Assembly (NCBI GenBank): GCA_965263035.1
Contig: OZ253580.1
Coordinates: forward strand, 3,360,001 to 3,424,000
Reading direction: 5' to 3'
DNA: 64,000 nucleotides
Source of the DNA: Acidobacteriota bacterium
GTDB taxonomy: Bacteria > Acidobacteriota > UBA6911 > RPQK01 > JAJDTT01
This document shows positions 18,035 to 28,500 of this stretch, piece by piece. The notes under the pieces were generated by a model. The model searched no databases, was not told where the DNA came from, and saw only the letters and a program-made list of their open reading frames with translations. The position numbers and the translations under genes were made by a program. Positions within the stretch are counted from its first letter, which is position 1; each line of letters opens with the position of its first letter.

Positions 18035-20512
18035 ATGGGACCTGGGAGTTTTAGATTCGGTGCTTGCCGCGCAGCGGCTCTCCTCGTCCTGATGGGCCTT
18101 GGGGACTCTCCCGTCTCCGGGGAGGACCATGCCCGGCTCCTGAGGGAACGGAGCGTCCATGTCTTGCGCCAAGCGCTGGAGGAAGAGAAAGGATGGGTCC
18201 GGATACGGGCCGCCGAAGCCCTGCTCTGGAACAACTACGGCAAGGGGGTGAAGGAGGTTTTCTCCCGCGAGGCGGTGGAGCCCGGTTCGACCCATGAGAT
18301 CGGCGTCTGGCAGATTCTGGCTCAGGCGACGCTCCGAAAGAGCCAACATGATTTGGAGCGGCAGCAGTACGAGGACCGGATCCTCCAAGCCTTCCTGTCG
18401 AGTAAAGACGAACGGGGAAGCCGGGCGGCGGAGGCCCTGGTCAAGCTGGGCTTCGCAGACCGGCCGAAGGAGTTGCTCCGGTTGGCTCGGGAGGGTCGGG
18501 GAGTCCGGCAAGTAGACGCCCTCTGGCTGCTGGCGGCTCCCGGGCAGGACGAGGAGCACGCGGCGCTCGCGTCGCGGTTGGATTCTCCTGACCCCGCTGT
18601 CCGCGCTCGGGCCGCATACGCAATCCGCCGCTTGGAGAGCATCGGTCCTGAGATTCGCGCCGGTCTGGAGCGGACCCTGTCCAACGAGGCCGCCGGTTCA
18701 AGTGCCCGGGTCTACCTCCTGAGCGCGCTTTATGTGCACGGCGGCGAGGAAGCCGGCCCGCCGGGCCGGTCCGAACTGCTCGCCTACGTCAGAAACGGCA
18801 CTCGGGAACAACGGTTGGAGGCCATCGAGACCCTGGCTCAGGCTGGACACAAGGACCAGGTCCCGCTGTTGGAACCGCTTCCGGTTCGCCAGGGGACCGC
18901 ACCGGAGATCCGTGTCGCCGCCGCCAATGCGCTGCTCAGGATCGAGCGGAGGGACTTCCGGGGCCTGGGGTGGGTGGACTGGCTCGTGGTCGCCGTCTAC
19001 GGCGCCTTCATGCTGGGCGTGGGTTGGTACTACTCTCGCCGCCAGACCAACACCGAGGAGTATTTCCTGGGCAGCCGCAGCCTGGGTTCGTTCGTCATCG
19101 GGATTTCGCTCTACGCCACGCTGCTGAGCACGATTTCCTATCTGGCGGTTCCCGGGGAGCTGGTCAAGCACGGGCCGGGCATCCTGGTCTGGGGACTGTT
19201 GGGGACACCGCTGATCATCGTCTGTTGCGGTTTCTTCCTCATACCCGTTTTCATGAAGCTCCCCATCACCAGCGCCTACGAGCTTCTGGAGGGCCGTCTG
19301 GGAATCGGGGTCCGGCTGACGGCGGCGGTGATCTTCATCCTGACGCGCCTGGTCTGGATGGCTCTGCTCATCTATCTGGCGGCCAAGGCCGTAGTGGTCA
19401 TGGTGGGTTGGCCCGAGTCGACGACGCCGATGGTGGTGATGGTAGCCGGGGCGGTCGCGGTGCTCTACACCGCCCTCGGGGGTCTGCGGGCCGTCGTGAT
19501 CACGGACGTCATTCAGTTCGTCATCCTCTTTGCCGGAGGCCTGATCACGATGGCGATGGTCACCATGGACATCGGTCTCGGGGGTTGGATCCCGACTTCC
19601 TGGGCGCCCCATTGGGACCAAGTCCCGGTTTTTGACTGGAACCCGACCGTCCGAGTGACGGTGATCGGGTCGATCCTCTCCGGGGCGGTGTGGACCATCT
19701 TCACCTACGGATCGGATCAGGTGGCCATTCAGCGTTACTTGGCGACGCAGGACACCAAGGCCGCCCGGCGCGCCCTGTACATCAACATCGGAGCCGGCGT
19801 CGCCGTCTCCGTGCTGCTCGCGGGGCTGGGCTTCTCGGTCCTGGGTTTCTTCCAGACCCATCCCCACGCCATCGCCGACGGCAAGGACCTGCTGGCGGAC
19901 GCCGATTTTCTGTTTCCCCACTTCATCGCCAACTATCTGCCGCACGGGCTGGCCGGCCTGGTCATCGCGGCCATGTTCGCCGCCGCCATGTCGAGCCTGG
20001 ACTCGGGCATCAATTCCATCGTGACCGTCTTCCACGTCGATTTCCTGGGCCGTTTCCGGCGGCGGAAACTGCGGAAGGAACACAGCCTCAAACTGGCCCG
20101 GGCCCTGGTGCTGGGCATCGGTATCGCCGTGGTCCTCCTCAGTGCGCCGGTGGGCAACGTCCCCGGCAACATCACCGAGGTGACGAACAAGACCAACGGG
20201 CTGTTCGTCGCTCCCCTGTTCGGACTTTTCTTCATGTGCTTGTTCGTACCGTTCTCGACTCCGTTCGGCGCCATCGTGGGAGCCGCCTACGGTTTTTCCT
20301 TCGCCTTCCTGTGGGCCTTCTGGGACCTGTTGACCGGCGGCCCGAGTCTCAGCTTCCAATGGATCTATCTGCTTCCATTCCTGGTCCACGTACTGGTGGG
20401 TTCGGCAGCGAGTCTGCTGCCGACGCGAGGCCGATCCTGGCGGTTCCTCCTTCCCTGCAGTCTTGCGGCCATGGCTCCGATCGCGATCGTCTTCCTGCTG
20501 TTGAGTTCCTGA
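18035..20512 (+). CDS. HEAT-repeat domain fused to a sodium:solute symporter (SSS)
   Basis: N-terminal signal and HEAT repeats (WVRIRAAEAL, VRARAAYAI, IRVAAANALL); then EEYFLGSRS, YTALGGLRAVVITD, DQVAIQRYL, AAAMSSLDSGINS. Confidence 0.85.
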   Translation: MGPGSFRFGACRAAALLVLMGLGDSPVSGEDHARLLRERSVHVLRQALEEEKGWVRIRAAEALLWNNYGKGVKEVFSREAVEPGSTHEIGVWQILAQATLRKSQHDLERQQYEDRILQAFLSSKDERGSRAAEALVKLGFADRPKELLRLAREGRGVRQVDALWLLAAPGQDEEHAALASRLDSPDPAVRARAAYAIRRLESIGPEIRAGLERTLSNEAAGSSARVYLLSALYVHGGEEAGPPGRSELLAYVRNGTREQRLEAIETLAQAGHKDQVPLLEPLPVRQGTAPEIRVAAANALLRIERRDFRGLGWVDWLVVAVYGAFMLGVGWYYSRRQTNTEEYFLGSRSLGSFVIGISLYATLLSTISYLAVPGELVKHGPGILVWGLLGTPLIIVCCGFFLIPVFMKLPITSAYELLEGRLGIGVRLTAAVIFILTRLVWMALLIYLAAKAVVVMVGWPESTTPMVVMVAGAVAVLYTALGGLRAVVITDVIQFVILFAGGLITMAMVTMDIGLGGWIPTSWAPHWDQVPVFDWNPTVRVTVIGSILSGAVWTIFTYGSDQVAIQRYLATQDTKAARRALYINIGAGVAVSVLLAGLGFSVLGFFQTHPHAIADGKDLLADADFLFPHFIANYLPHGLAGLVIAAMFAAAMSSLDSGINSIVTVFHVDFLGRFRRRKLRKEHSLKLARALVLGIGIAVVLLSAPVGNVPGNITEVTNKTNGLFVAPLFGLFFMCLFVPFSTPFGAIVGAAYGFSFAFLWAFWDLLTGGPSLSFQWIYLLPFLVHVLVGSAASLLPTRGRSWRFLLPCSLAAMAPIAIVFLLLSS

Positions 20513-20658
20513 TTCTGGGAGTCCGTAGTGACCCTTGCCGTAGACGGATCTGAAACCGAAAGGGAAACTTTGGTTCCGCGTGACGGAAATGGAAGGCGGG
20601 GTGTAGCTATCGGCGGCCGGGAATCGGGGTTGGTACGGTCCCATCACCCCCGGTCAAT

Positions 20659-20696
20659 TTGCATTTTCCATTTATCTTGTATGACAACGTCATTCA
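20659..20696 (+). promoter_or_regulatory. Probable promoter and autorepression operator of the TA operon
   Basis: TTGCAT at 20659; imperfect palindrome TGTATGAC-AAC-GTCATTCA (20678-20696) upstream of the AAGGAG RBS. Confidence 0.5.
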
Positions 20697-20718
20697 CACA
20701 ACCAAAGGAGAATCGACC

Positions 20719-20982
20719 ATGGCTGCGAATCGACTCGTCCAAGCCCGCATCGACGGGGCCGTGAAGGAAGAAGCGGCCGCCGTGCTGGCCGCAATGGGCC
20801 TGACTGTGTCCGATGCCGTGCGGCTGCTGCTGACAAGGGTTGCGCGGGAAAAGGCCCTGCCGTTCGCGCCACTGATCCCAAACGCGGTCACCATCAAGGC
20901 GATGAAGGAGGCCCGAAAGGGTGGCCTTCCGCAGTTCGACAGCGTCCAGGACCTCATGGACGATCTGCGTGCGCAAGATTGA
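20719..20982 (+). CDS. dinJ: RelB/DinJ family antitoxin
   Basis: MAANRLVQARID..KEEAAAVLAAMGLTVSDAVRLLLTRVAREKALPF..PNAVTIKAM. Confidence 0.9.
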   Translation: MAANRLVQARIDGAVKEEAAAVLAAMGLTVSDAVRLLLTRVAREKALPFAPLIPNAVTIKAMKEARKGGLPQFDSVQDLMDDLRAQD

Positions 20983-21103
20983 GCGCACGAGCCAGTTCAA
21001 GCGCGATTACAAGCGGGAGGCCAGGGGCCGGCACCGAACGTCACCCGACGCCGACACGTTGCGGCTTGTTCGTCTCGGGTCGCATTCGGAATTCGCGCTT
21101 TGA
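20969..21103 (+). pseudogene. yafQ: YafQ toxin with a large internal deletion (44 aa)
   Basis: GTG overlaps the antitoxin end. N-terminus MRKIERTSQFKRDYKRE joins directly to C-terminus DTLRLVRLGSHSEF; the central ~45-50 aa of a ~90-aa YafQ is missing. Confidence 0.85.
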
Positions 21104-21236
21104 CTTCCTCGACAGCCAACGGTATCACTTCACCCGCTTCGATCAGGCAGTGTGAATCCGCCCACTCCTGGTAGGGCCTCTCCAGGAGTCAGAACTTGCC
21201 GGCGAGTTCGCCTTTTTCACCGGCGTAGCGTCATAC

Positions 21237-21391
21237 CAGCCCGTGGCAAGAGTCGTCATGGCCGACCGTCCCTGCATCCCGGCGGACTGCGTTGCGATTC
21301 GGTCACATACTCCCGGTATGCTCCCTCATCGCGCCTTGTCCGGCGGGCGTAGGAACGGTCTCGGTGCTCGCGGGACTTTCACCACGGACTG
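21237..21391 (+). mobile_element. MITE copy 2 (155 bp, intergenic)
   Basis: CAGCCCGTGGCAAGAGTC ... GACTTTCACCACGGACTG; roughly 90% like the reverse complement of 12613-12773; no clear target duplication. Confidence 0.85.
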
Positions 21392-21455
21392 TCAACCTTT
21401 GAGCAGGTGGCTATGTGAAGTATGGGATGCGGGGTCCGGACCGGAGAGTCTCCGG

Positions 21456-24233
21456 TTACTCGGATCGCAACTCGATGCTCACCCGGTCCAGGATCGGGTA
21501 GCTGTCTCCGTTTTCGGACTCGAAGACGGCCTGGTACTGGAGGACACGGTCTCCGCTCTCCAGTAGAAAGCGGTCCCCCCTCACTCGGCGCCAGGGCTGC
21601 TGCTCCAGTCCGGACGGATCGGCTCCGGAACGGAGGCGGAAGGTCAACCGGCTGTGGGCCGGCGTTTCGGCTGCGGCCGTGAGCCGGCCTCTGACGCGGT
21701 CGCCGTCCCAGTGAAACAGGGACGACTCGTAGGTCTGGCGCCAGCTCCGGTCGTAGATGTGGCCGACGTCGGTCAGATAGATGGTGTGTCCGCCCAGGGT
21801 CGGGAGCCCCACCGTCCTGGGTGCGGTGAAGCGATTCCCGTCGTTGTAGAATACCTTGGAGTCGATGCGGTGGTCCCCGTGGCGCGTGTGGCAGACGACC
21901 GCCAGGTCGAGAAGACCGTCCTGATCGAAATCTCCGGCCATGGCGTCACTGGCGCTGTCGCATACGAGCCGGGTCTTGTTCTCGGGGCGCAGGCCCTCCC
22001 GGCTCCCCCAGAACAGGTAGGAGGGCATGGACTCGCGGACCCCGGTGCCGTGATAGGAGGGCGCGAACAGGTCCAGGAAGCCGTCCCGGTCGAAGTCGGC
22101 CACCGCCGGGGCCAGCTGGCCCATGCCGGGCAGCCACTGGGCGTTCCAGGGAGTGAAGCCCTCCTCCGATCCCCAGAAGATGAAGACCCCGACGTCGAAG
22201 AAGCCGGTGGTGGGATCGGCGTAGCCGCCCACGATCAGGTCCAGGTGTCCATCGGCGTTGAGATCAGCAGTTTCCTGGTTGCCCGCCCAAGGCACGTACC
22301 CGATGGGGTCCAGTTCGCGGCTCGGGCCATCGGGGCCGCCCCACAAGATGCCCACCTCTCCGTTCGACGAGCTTCCCGACAGGTCCAACCAGCCGTCCCG
22401 GTTGAAGTCGGCCAGGGTCAGCACCGAGGGGAGGACCAGGCGCCGGGTCCGGCGGTAGCCGGTCGCAGAGCCGTAGTAGATGATGGTTTGGGCGGGATCG
22501 AATCCGTTCAGGACCAGGTCCAGGTAACCGTCCCGGTCCAGGTCGGCGACGTTGCCGGACGAGAGATGGTTCTCCGAGAGGATGGTTCGGTGTTCTTCCA
22601 GGTCGAATCCCCGGGGCGTGCCCCAGAAGATGTGGGCTCCCACGTCGGGGTCGACCTGACCGCCGTGTCCCGAGTTCATGGCCACCAAATCGGTGAAGCC
22701 GTCCGCGTTCAGATCGGCGCCGACGGCTCCGTAACCGCCGCTGAAGGGGATGGCCCAGCGACGTTCCGGGTCGAAGCCGCCCTTGGCGCCCCAGTAGACG
22801 TAAAGAGGAACCCGCTCGTCCAGGGCGCCGCCCTGGCTGTTGCAGACGACGACCCGGGCCGGCAAGTCTCCCTCCGCCGGGACCGCCAGGACGCCGGAGG
22901 CTCCGGAGGAGGGGATTCCACGGCTCGCCCGTTGAAAGGAGCGGTCCTGGTTTCCGAAGAAGACCGCGGACTCGGCGCTGAAGCTCGACGGACCCTGGTA
23001 GACGGCTGCCGCCAGATCGGCCCTCCCGTCGCCATCCAGATCACCGATGGCCGAGGCCGAAGGGTGATCCACCGCCAGACTCAGTGAGCGGGCGGGGTCG
23101 TAGTTTCCCGCTTCTCCCCAGAGGACCCGAATCCTGCCGGGACGATCGGCCGCACCCCGCTCGCCACCCGACGCATGCCGGAGGCCGAACTTCGTCAGCG
23201 CCAGGTCGGCGTGTCCATCCCCGTCCAGATCGCCGATGGAGACGTGGGAAGCCGGGGTGGCCCGTCCTCGGACTGGCTGGTTCCAGTTGCGCCGGGCGCC
23301 GGCGGTGACGGTGTAGAGGGTTCCCTGTGAGGTACCCGCCACCAGGTCGGCCAGTCCGTCCCCATCCACGTCCCCGGCTGCCAGGCAGGCGGCCTGGGGG
23401 CCGGACAGAGAGATGCCGGTGGAATTCAAGCTCACCGGCGCGGCTGAAGGCACCAGAGAAGCCCAGAAGACCCGGATCTCGTTTTCGGCGGTCAGCACCG
23501 CGACGTCCCGGGCTCCGTCGGCGTCGAAGTCGGCCGCCTTCATGTCGACCGAGACGGGGAGCTCGTGGACTTGACGCCGCCCCAGGTAGAAGCCCAGCCG
23601 ACTGCCCCAGAACACCTTCATCACCATGCTCTCGACCGGTTTCCCGCCCGGCTGTCTCCGGGGCGCCTGGGCCAGGACCACGATGTCGGGCCACCCGTCG
23701 CGGTTCAGATCGGCGATGGCCACGGCTCGCGGGTCCCACGCCGGCAGGACGCCGCTGATCCGGTTGGAGCTCCAGCCTTCCGCGGCCCCCCAGGCGATGG
23801 AGATGAATCTGCGGGGGTGTTGAATGCCGTCGGGGTTGGGACAGAAGACCAGGTCGGTGAAACCGTCCCGGTTCAGGTCTCCCGCAACCGCCCCGAGACT
23901 CCCCAGAACCGCCAGCGTAGAGTGGGTGAGCGTCCGGGCGGCATCGAAGCCGGCCCAGGTCGCATCGACGTAGGTGATGCTGTCATGCGTATTGTTGAAG
24001 ATCAGATCCAGGTAGCCGTCCTGATTCAGATCGAAGCGATGGACGGTGCGCACGGTTCCGTTGCGAGACACGTAGAGGTTCTGGCCGGAAGCGTCCAGCC
24101 GCCCGTCGGCAAAGTCCTCGAAGCTGTCTTCGTTCCAGCTTTGAGCCCTCGTCGCGGGGAAACCCGCGCCCAACCAGAGGGCCATTAGAAAGAAGATCAG
24201 GGAAGTCCTGTGACCTGAAATCTGCATTGTCAA
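21456..24233 (-). CDS. Secreted FG-GAP/VCBS repeat protein
   Basis: Signal peptide; many DLNxDGxxDL repeats followed by IxWG. Confidence 0.85.
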   Translation of the reverse strand: MTMQISGHRTSLIFFLMALWLGAGFPATRAQSWNEDSFEDFADGRLDASGQNLYVSRNGTVRTVHRFDLNQDGYLDLIFNNTHDSITYVDATWAGFDAARTLTHSTLAVLGSLGAVAGDLNRDGFTDLVFCPNPDGIQHPRRFISIAWGAAEGWSSNRISGVLPAWDPRAVAIADLNRDGWPDIVVLAQAPRRQPGGKPVESMVMKVFWGSRLGFYLGRRQVHELPVSVDMKAADFDADGARDVAVLTAENEIRVFWASLVPSAAPVSLNSTGISLSGPQAACLAAGDVDGDGLADLVAGTSQGTLYTVTAGARRNWNQPVRGRATPASHVSIGDLDGDGHADLALTKFGLRHASGGERGAADRPGRIRVLWGEAGNYDPARSLSLAVDHPSASAIGDLDGDGRADLAAAVYQGPSSFSAESAVFFGNQDRSFQRASRGIPSSGASGVLAVPAEGDLPARVVVCNSQGGALDERVPLYVYWGAKGGFDPERRWAIPFSGGYGAVGADLNADGFTDLVAMNSGHGGQVDPDVGAHIFWGTPRGFDLEEHRTILSENHLSSGNVADLDRDGYLDLVLNGFDPAQTIIYYGSATGYRRTRRLVLPSVLTLADFNRDGWLDLSGSSSNGEVGILWGGPDGPSRELDPIGYVPWAGNQETADLNADGHLDLIVGGYADPTTGFFDVGVFIFWGSEEGFTPWNAQWLPGMGQLAPAVADFDRDGFLDLFAPSYHGTGVRESMPSYLFWGSREGLRPENKTRLVCDSASDAMAGDFDQDGLLDLAVVCHTRHGDHRIDSKVFYNDGNRFTAPRTVGLPTLGGHTIYLTDVGHIYDRSWRQTYESSLFHWDGDRVRGRLTAAAETPAHSRLTFRLRSGADPSGLEQQPWRRVRGDRFLLESGDRVLQYQAVFESENGDSYPILDRVSIELRSE

Positions 24234-24359
24234 TCTCCTATCCCGAGTCGGATCCGGTTCGCGCGGAAGATTTCGCCTCGACGGACGAGGGCGCAGTGCC
24301 CTTCCGCTGGGCCTCGACCGAGGGGAACAACCCGCCGGGGAGCCAAGGTCCGGAAGTCC

Positions 24360-25136
24360 CTACTCCGGGAGGGGCAGCTTGCTCATCATTCCGCCGTCGA
24401 CGTTGATGGCGGTCCCCGTGACGTATGCGGAGAGAGGGGAGGCCAGAAAGAGGGCCACGTTGGCGATGTCCTCCGGCAGTCCCACCCGCCCCAGGGGCAG
24501 GGAGGCCACCAGCCTCTCCATGTAGGCGTCCCGATCCTCATTGCTGGTGAAGGAGCGGTCCAGCATGGGGGTCTGGATGCAACCGGGACAGATGGCGTTG
24601 ACCCGGATGTCGTACTTGCCCAGGTCGCGGGCCATGTCTCGTGTCATGGCCAGGATGCCCCCCTTGGCGGCGGCGTAGGGTGCAATCTGTCCAGTAGTGG
24701 CCAGGGCCTGCACCGAGGCGGTGTTGACGATGCTGCCGCCCCCGTTCCGGATCATGGAGGGAATGGCCCTCCGGCTGCAGAAGAACACACTCTTCAGGTT
24801 GACGGCGATCTGGCGGTCGAACTCCTGGTCCGTAAATTCCAGGAATTCCTGGTAGTGCTCGATGCCGGCGACGTTCACCAGGACGTCGACGGTCCCGAAG
24901 TCGGCCAGGATCTTTTCGAAAGCGGCGTCGGTGCTGCTCTCCTCGCCGACGTCGGCCTGAACCGCCAGTGCTTCTCCCCCGCACTGCCGGATCTCACGGG
25001 CCGTCTCGCGAGCCGTGTCGAAGTTGATATCGACCGCCGCCACCCTGGCGCCATGCTCGGCGAACTTCATGGCGCCCCCCCGGCCGATGCCGGCGCCGGC
25101 CCCGGTGACGACTGCCGTCTTGCCGCTCATGTTCAT
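24360..25136 (-). CDS. Short-chain dehydrogenase/reductase
   Basis: TGAGAGIG, LVNVAG, YAAAK, NAICPG. Confidence 0.92.
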   Translation of the reverse strand: MNMSGKTAVVTGAGAGIGRGGAMKFAEHGARVAAVDINFDTARETAREIRQCGGEALAVQADVGEESSTDAAFEKILADFGTVDVLVNVAGIEHYQEFLEFTDQEFDRQIAVNLKSVFFCSRRAIPSMIRNGGGSIVNTASVQALATTGQIAPYAAAKGGILAMTRDMARDLGKYDIRVNAICPGCIQTPMLDRSFTSNEDRDAYMERLVASLPLGRVGLPEDIANVALFLASPLSAYVTGTAINVDGGMMSKLPLPE

Positions 25137-25328
25137 CCGATTCCGTCCTCCTTCTTCCCGAGACTCGGCTCCCTGAGCGGCCCATGCGAGCGCCTGCGGA
25201 GATACGCCGGCGACGTTCCGGACTGGCCGGGCGGGAGTGAAAGTGTCCTGTATTCGGAGATGCTACCCGGCGAATATTTCTCTGTCCATTTCCGGCAACC
25301 GGTGCAGCCACGGGTGTTCTCACGTAAA

Positions 25329-25378
25329 TGACGATGTAAAATAAATTCTTGACGATGTTGGATCGTGCATGGTAAAAA
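25329..25378 (+). promoter_or_regulatory. Putative sigma70 promoter with a direct-repeat regulator site upstream of the TonB-dependent receptor
   Basis: TGACGATGT at 25329 and 25350 (21 bp apart); TTGACG-18 nt-TAAAAA in an AT-rich patch. Confidence 0.45.
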
Positions 25379-25585
25379 TATCAACAGCGTTGGGGGCCCA
25401 ATCCCAGGGGGCTTAATCTCTCGCGTTCTTGGCCGGGAAAACCGGGAACCAGTTTGGTAGCTTCTATCCCATCTAGACGATCCCCAGCCGATCCAGGCTG
25501 CAGACCGGGTTTCGATTCCGACTCCACCGAGTGCATTCCCAGGCGCTCCCTTCGTTCCACTCATCTCAGAGTTTAAGGAGACGTC

Positions 25586-28500
25586 ATGATCAACAAGCGA
25601 TTTTTGTGCGTTCTACTGGTTCCGGCAATGTGTGCGTTTCTGCTCACGCCGGTGCAGGCTCAGACCACCGCCGCTACCGTGCTGGGCACGGTCACCGACA
25701 TCGCCAGAGCGGTCGTCCCGGGTGTGACGGTGACGCTCACCAACCAGGACACCGGCTTCATTCGCGAGACCATCAGCGATGATCGAGGCGATTTCGAGTT
25801 TGCGGTGGTGCAGGCTCCGAACACCTACACCCTCAGCGCGGAGCTGCCCGGTTTCAAGAAGTACGTCAATGTTGACAACTATCTGGCCACCCGGGTCATC
25901 CAGCGGTTCGACGTCAAACTGGAAGTGGGTGAGGTGGCCGAGCAGGTGACGGTGCAGAGCGAGGTTCCGGTGATCAACACCGACACGCCCCAATGGAGCG
26001 AGACCCGGACCGACCGGCTCATCAACGCGGGACCGCGCGGGACCATGGTCATGGGTCGTTTCGGGCACGGCACCCGGCCCCTGAGCCTGGCCTTCGTCAA
26101 CGCCGACGTGGCCGACAGCTACAAGAGCAACGGCTCGCGAACCAGCATGACCCAGACTTCGGTGGACGGGACTCCCATGAACGGCGAGCAGGTGGGGCCT
26201 CCCTTCTCGGCCATCGCCGAGGAGAAGACGGTTGCCTTGAACGCCGCCGCCGAATTCCGGCACCCGCTGACCGTCGACGCCGTCACCAAGCGCGGTGAGA
26301 ACCGGCCCCACGGCATGTTCACGCTGAACATGCGCCACCCCCGGCTGGCTGCCCTCTGGCCCGGACCTCCCGGTGCGAGGCGGAATCCCGACGCGGTGTG
26401 GGCATTTCGATACAATTTCACCGGGGGCGGTCCCATCTACATTCCGAAAATCTACGACGGCCGCGACAAGAGTTGGCTCTTTATTTCATTCGAGCAGAAT
26501 CCGAACACCAACATCACCTTCGGGCAGGGAACCTGGCTCAACACCCCCACCCAGGCCATGCGCAGGGGCGACCTTTCCGCGTATCTGGCCAAGATCCGTC
26601 CCCAATTGGGGGAGTTGAAGGATCCCATCACCGGGGAGACCTTCGCCGGGAACATCATTCCCCGGTCCCGTTGGAACCCCGTCGCCATCAATATGATCGA
26701 CAAGTGGCTCCTGGAGCCCACCGGATCCAACATCGGCGACCCCGATATCCCGGAGCAGAATTTGCAGTATATCGGAAGCCAGCAGGGGGCCAACAAGCAG
26801 TGGATCTATCGCTTCGACCAGAGCATCCTCAACCGGAACACCTTCGGCATCATGCACACCCAGAGGGACGCTTGGGAGACTTGCCATTGCGGGGGTTCCA
26901 CCTTTTTCGGCCAGCGCCATCCCGCCACCGGACAGGACTGGACCGGCAGCCTGAATGACGTCATCAACGTCTTCGATACCCACATCTTCACTCCCGGCCT
27001 CATCAACGAGTTCCGTTTCGGCCTGTTCCGCCGGGACAACTACCGCCGGACCGAGCATCCCGCTTCCCTCTTCATCGACTCGCTGGGCATCGACCTGGGC
27101 GACGACGCCGCCACCCGCAAGTCGTTCAACACGCTCCCCCACATCCGTGTCGACAACCTCCACACCATCGGCACTCGGCTGGGCGCCAGCAACGAGACGG
27201 TGAGCAACTACTACAGCCTCCGCAACAACCTCAGCTATCGCACCGGAATCCACAGTTGGAAGCTGGGCTACGACCACGCCATCCGGCGCATCTCCGACCT
27301 CCGGGCCCTCAGGTCGGTGGCGGGCGACTGGAATCACACCGGTTTCTTTACCGGCGATCCCTTCGCCGACTTCCTGCTGGGACTTCCCACTCAGACCGGG
27401 CGCCACACCCCACGGCCGGCCGTGGAGGGGCGCTACAGCGAGTTCGGGATGTTCGTGCAGGACGACGTTCAGGTCAGTTCCAGGTTGAAGCTGAACATCG
27501 GGTTCCGCTACGACCGGATCTCCCCGCGCACGGACGCCAACGGCGCTTGGTACAACTTCAACATGGCCACCGGCGCCCTGGTGGTGCCGGAAGCCGGACG
27601 GGGTTTGATCGCCCCCGCCTTCCATCCCGCTATCCCCATCGAGACGGCGGACGAGGCCCGCTTTCCCAGCCATCTGATCAATTCGTTGACCAAGTGGTCA
27701 CCGCGTCTGGGCTTTGCCTACCGGCTCGACGACAAGACCGTCCTGCGGGCCGGTTACGGCATGTTCATGCACGACTCCGGGAGCACCAACAACTACTTCG
27801 CGACGCTGCTCACGGGCGGGCCTTTCGCTCTGGACGAGACCTTTCGGAATACCATCACCGACGGCGTCCCCCTGGTCACCACCGACCGGCCCTTTCCCCG
27901 GGCGACCGTCGGAGGCTCGGCTCCGGCCACCTTCAACATCCAGGGCGTGAACCCCGAGATCAAGGAGCCCTACCTGCAGCAGTGGAACCTGACCTTGGAG
28001 CGGCAGTTGGGACGCGAAACCTCCTTCCGCTTCGCCTACGTCGGCTCCTCGGCTACGAGCCTCTGGTACTCCAGGGACGTCAACATTCCTCCGGCGAGTC
28101 TGACTCCCTTTACCGAAGAGCGGCTCAACTACCCCCACAACCCGGGTTTTGACGACATCATCTACCTGGACAGCGGCGGCCACATGAGCCATCACCAGTT
28201 CCAGTGGCAGTTCACTCGGCGCATGTCCCGGACTCCTATCGGCGGGCTCATGTTCGACGGAATATTCCAGTGGCTCAAAGAGATCGAGGACGTGGACGAC
28301 ACTACGGCGTTCGCGTCCGCCTACGGGCGGGGCATAGCGCCGCGCCTCGGAGGCTATGCCGGGATCGAGGATCCCTACGACCGGAACCGGGATCGGGCCG
28401 ACGCCTATCTGAACCCGGCCTCAATCCGCATCAACTTCATCTGGGAGCTCCCGTGGGGTCCGGATCAGCCTTACCTGTCGCACCTGAGGAAAGGCTCGAT

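Noticed and set aside
18698-20647. 649-aa minus-strand ORF and similar long antisense ORFs (e.g. 21654-23087, 49043-50446, 55750-57228)
   Set aside because: GC-rich shadow frames opposite genes with clear family motifs.
25385-25585. Cobalamin or TPP riboswitch ahead of the receptor
   Set aside because: I could not assemble the conserved cores by eye; needs cmscan.
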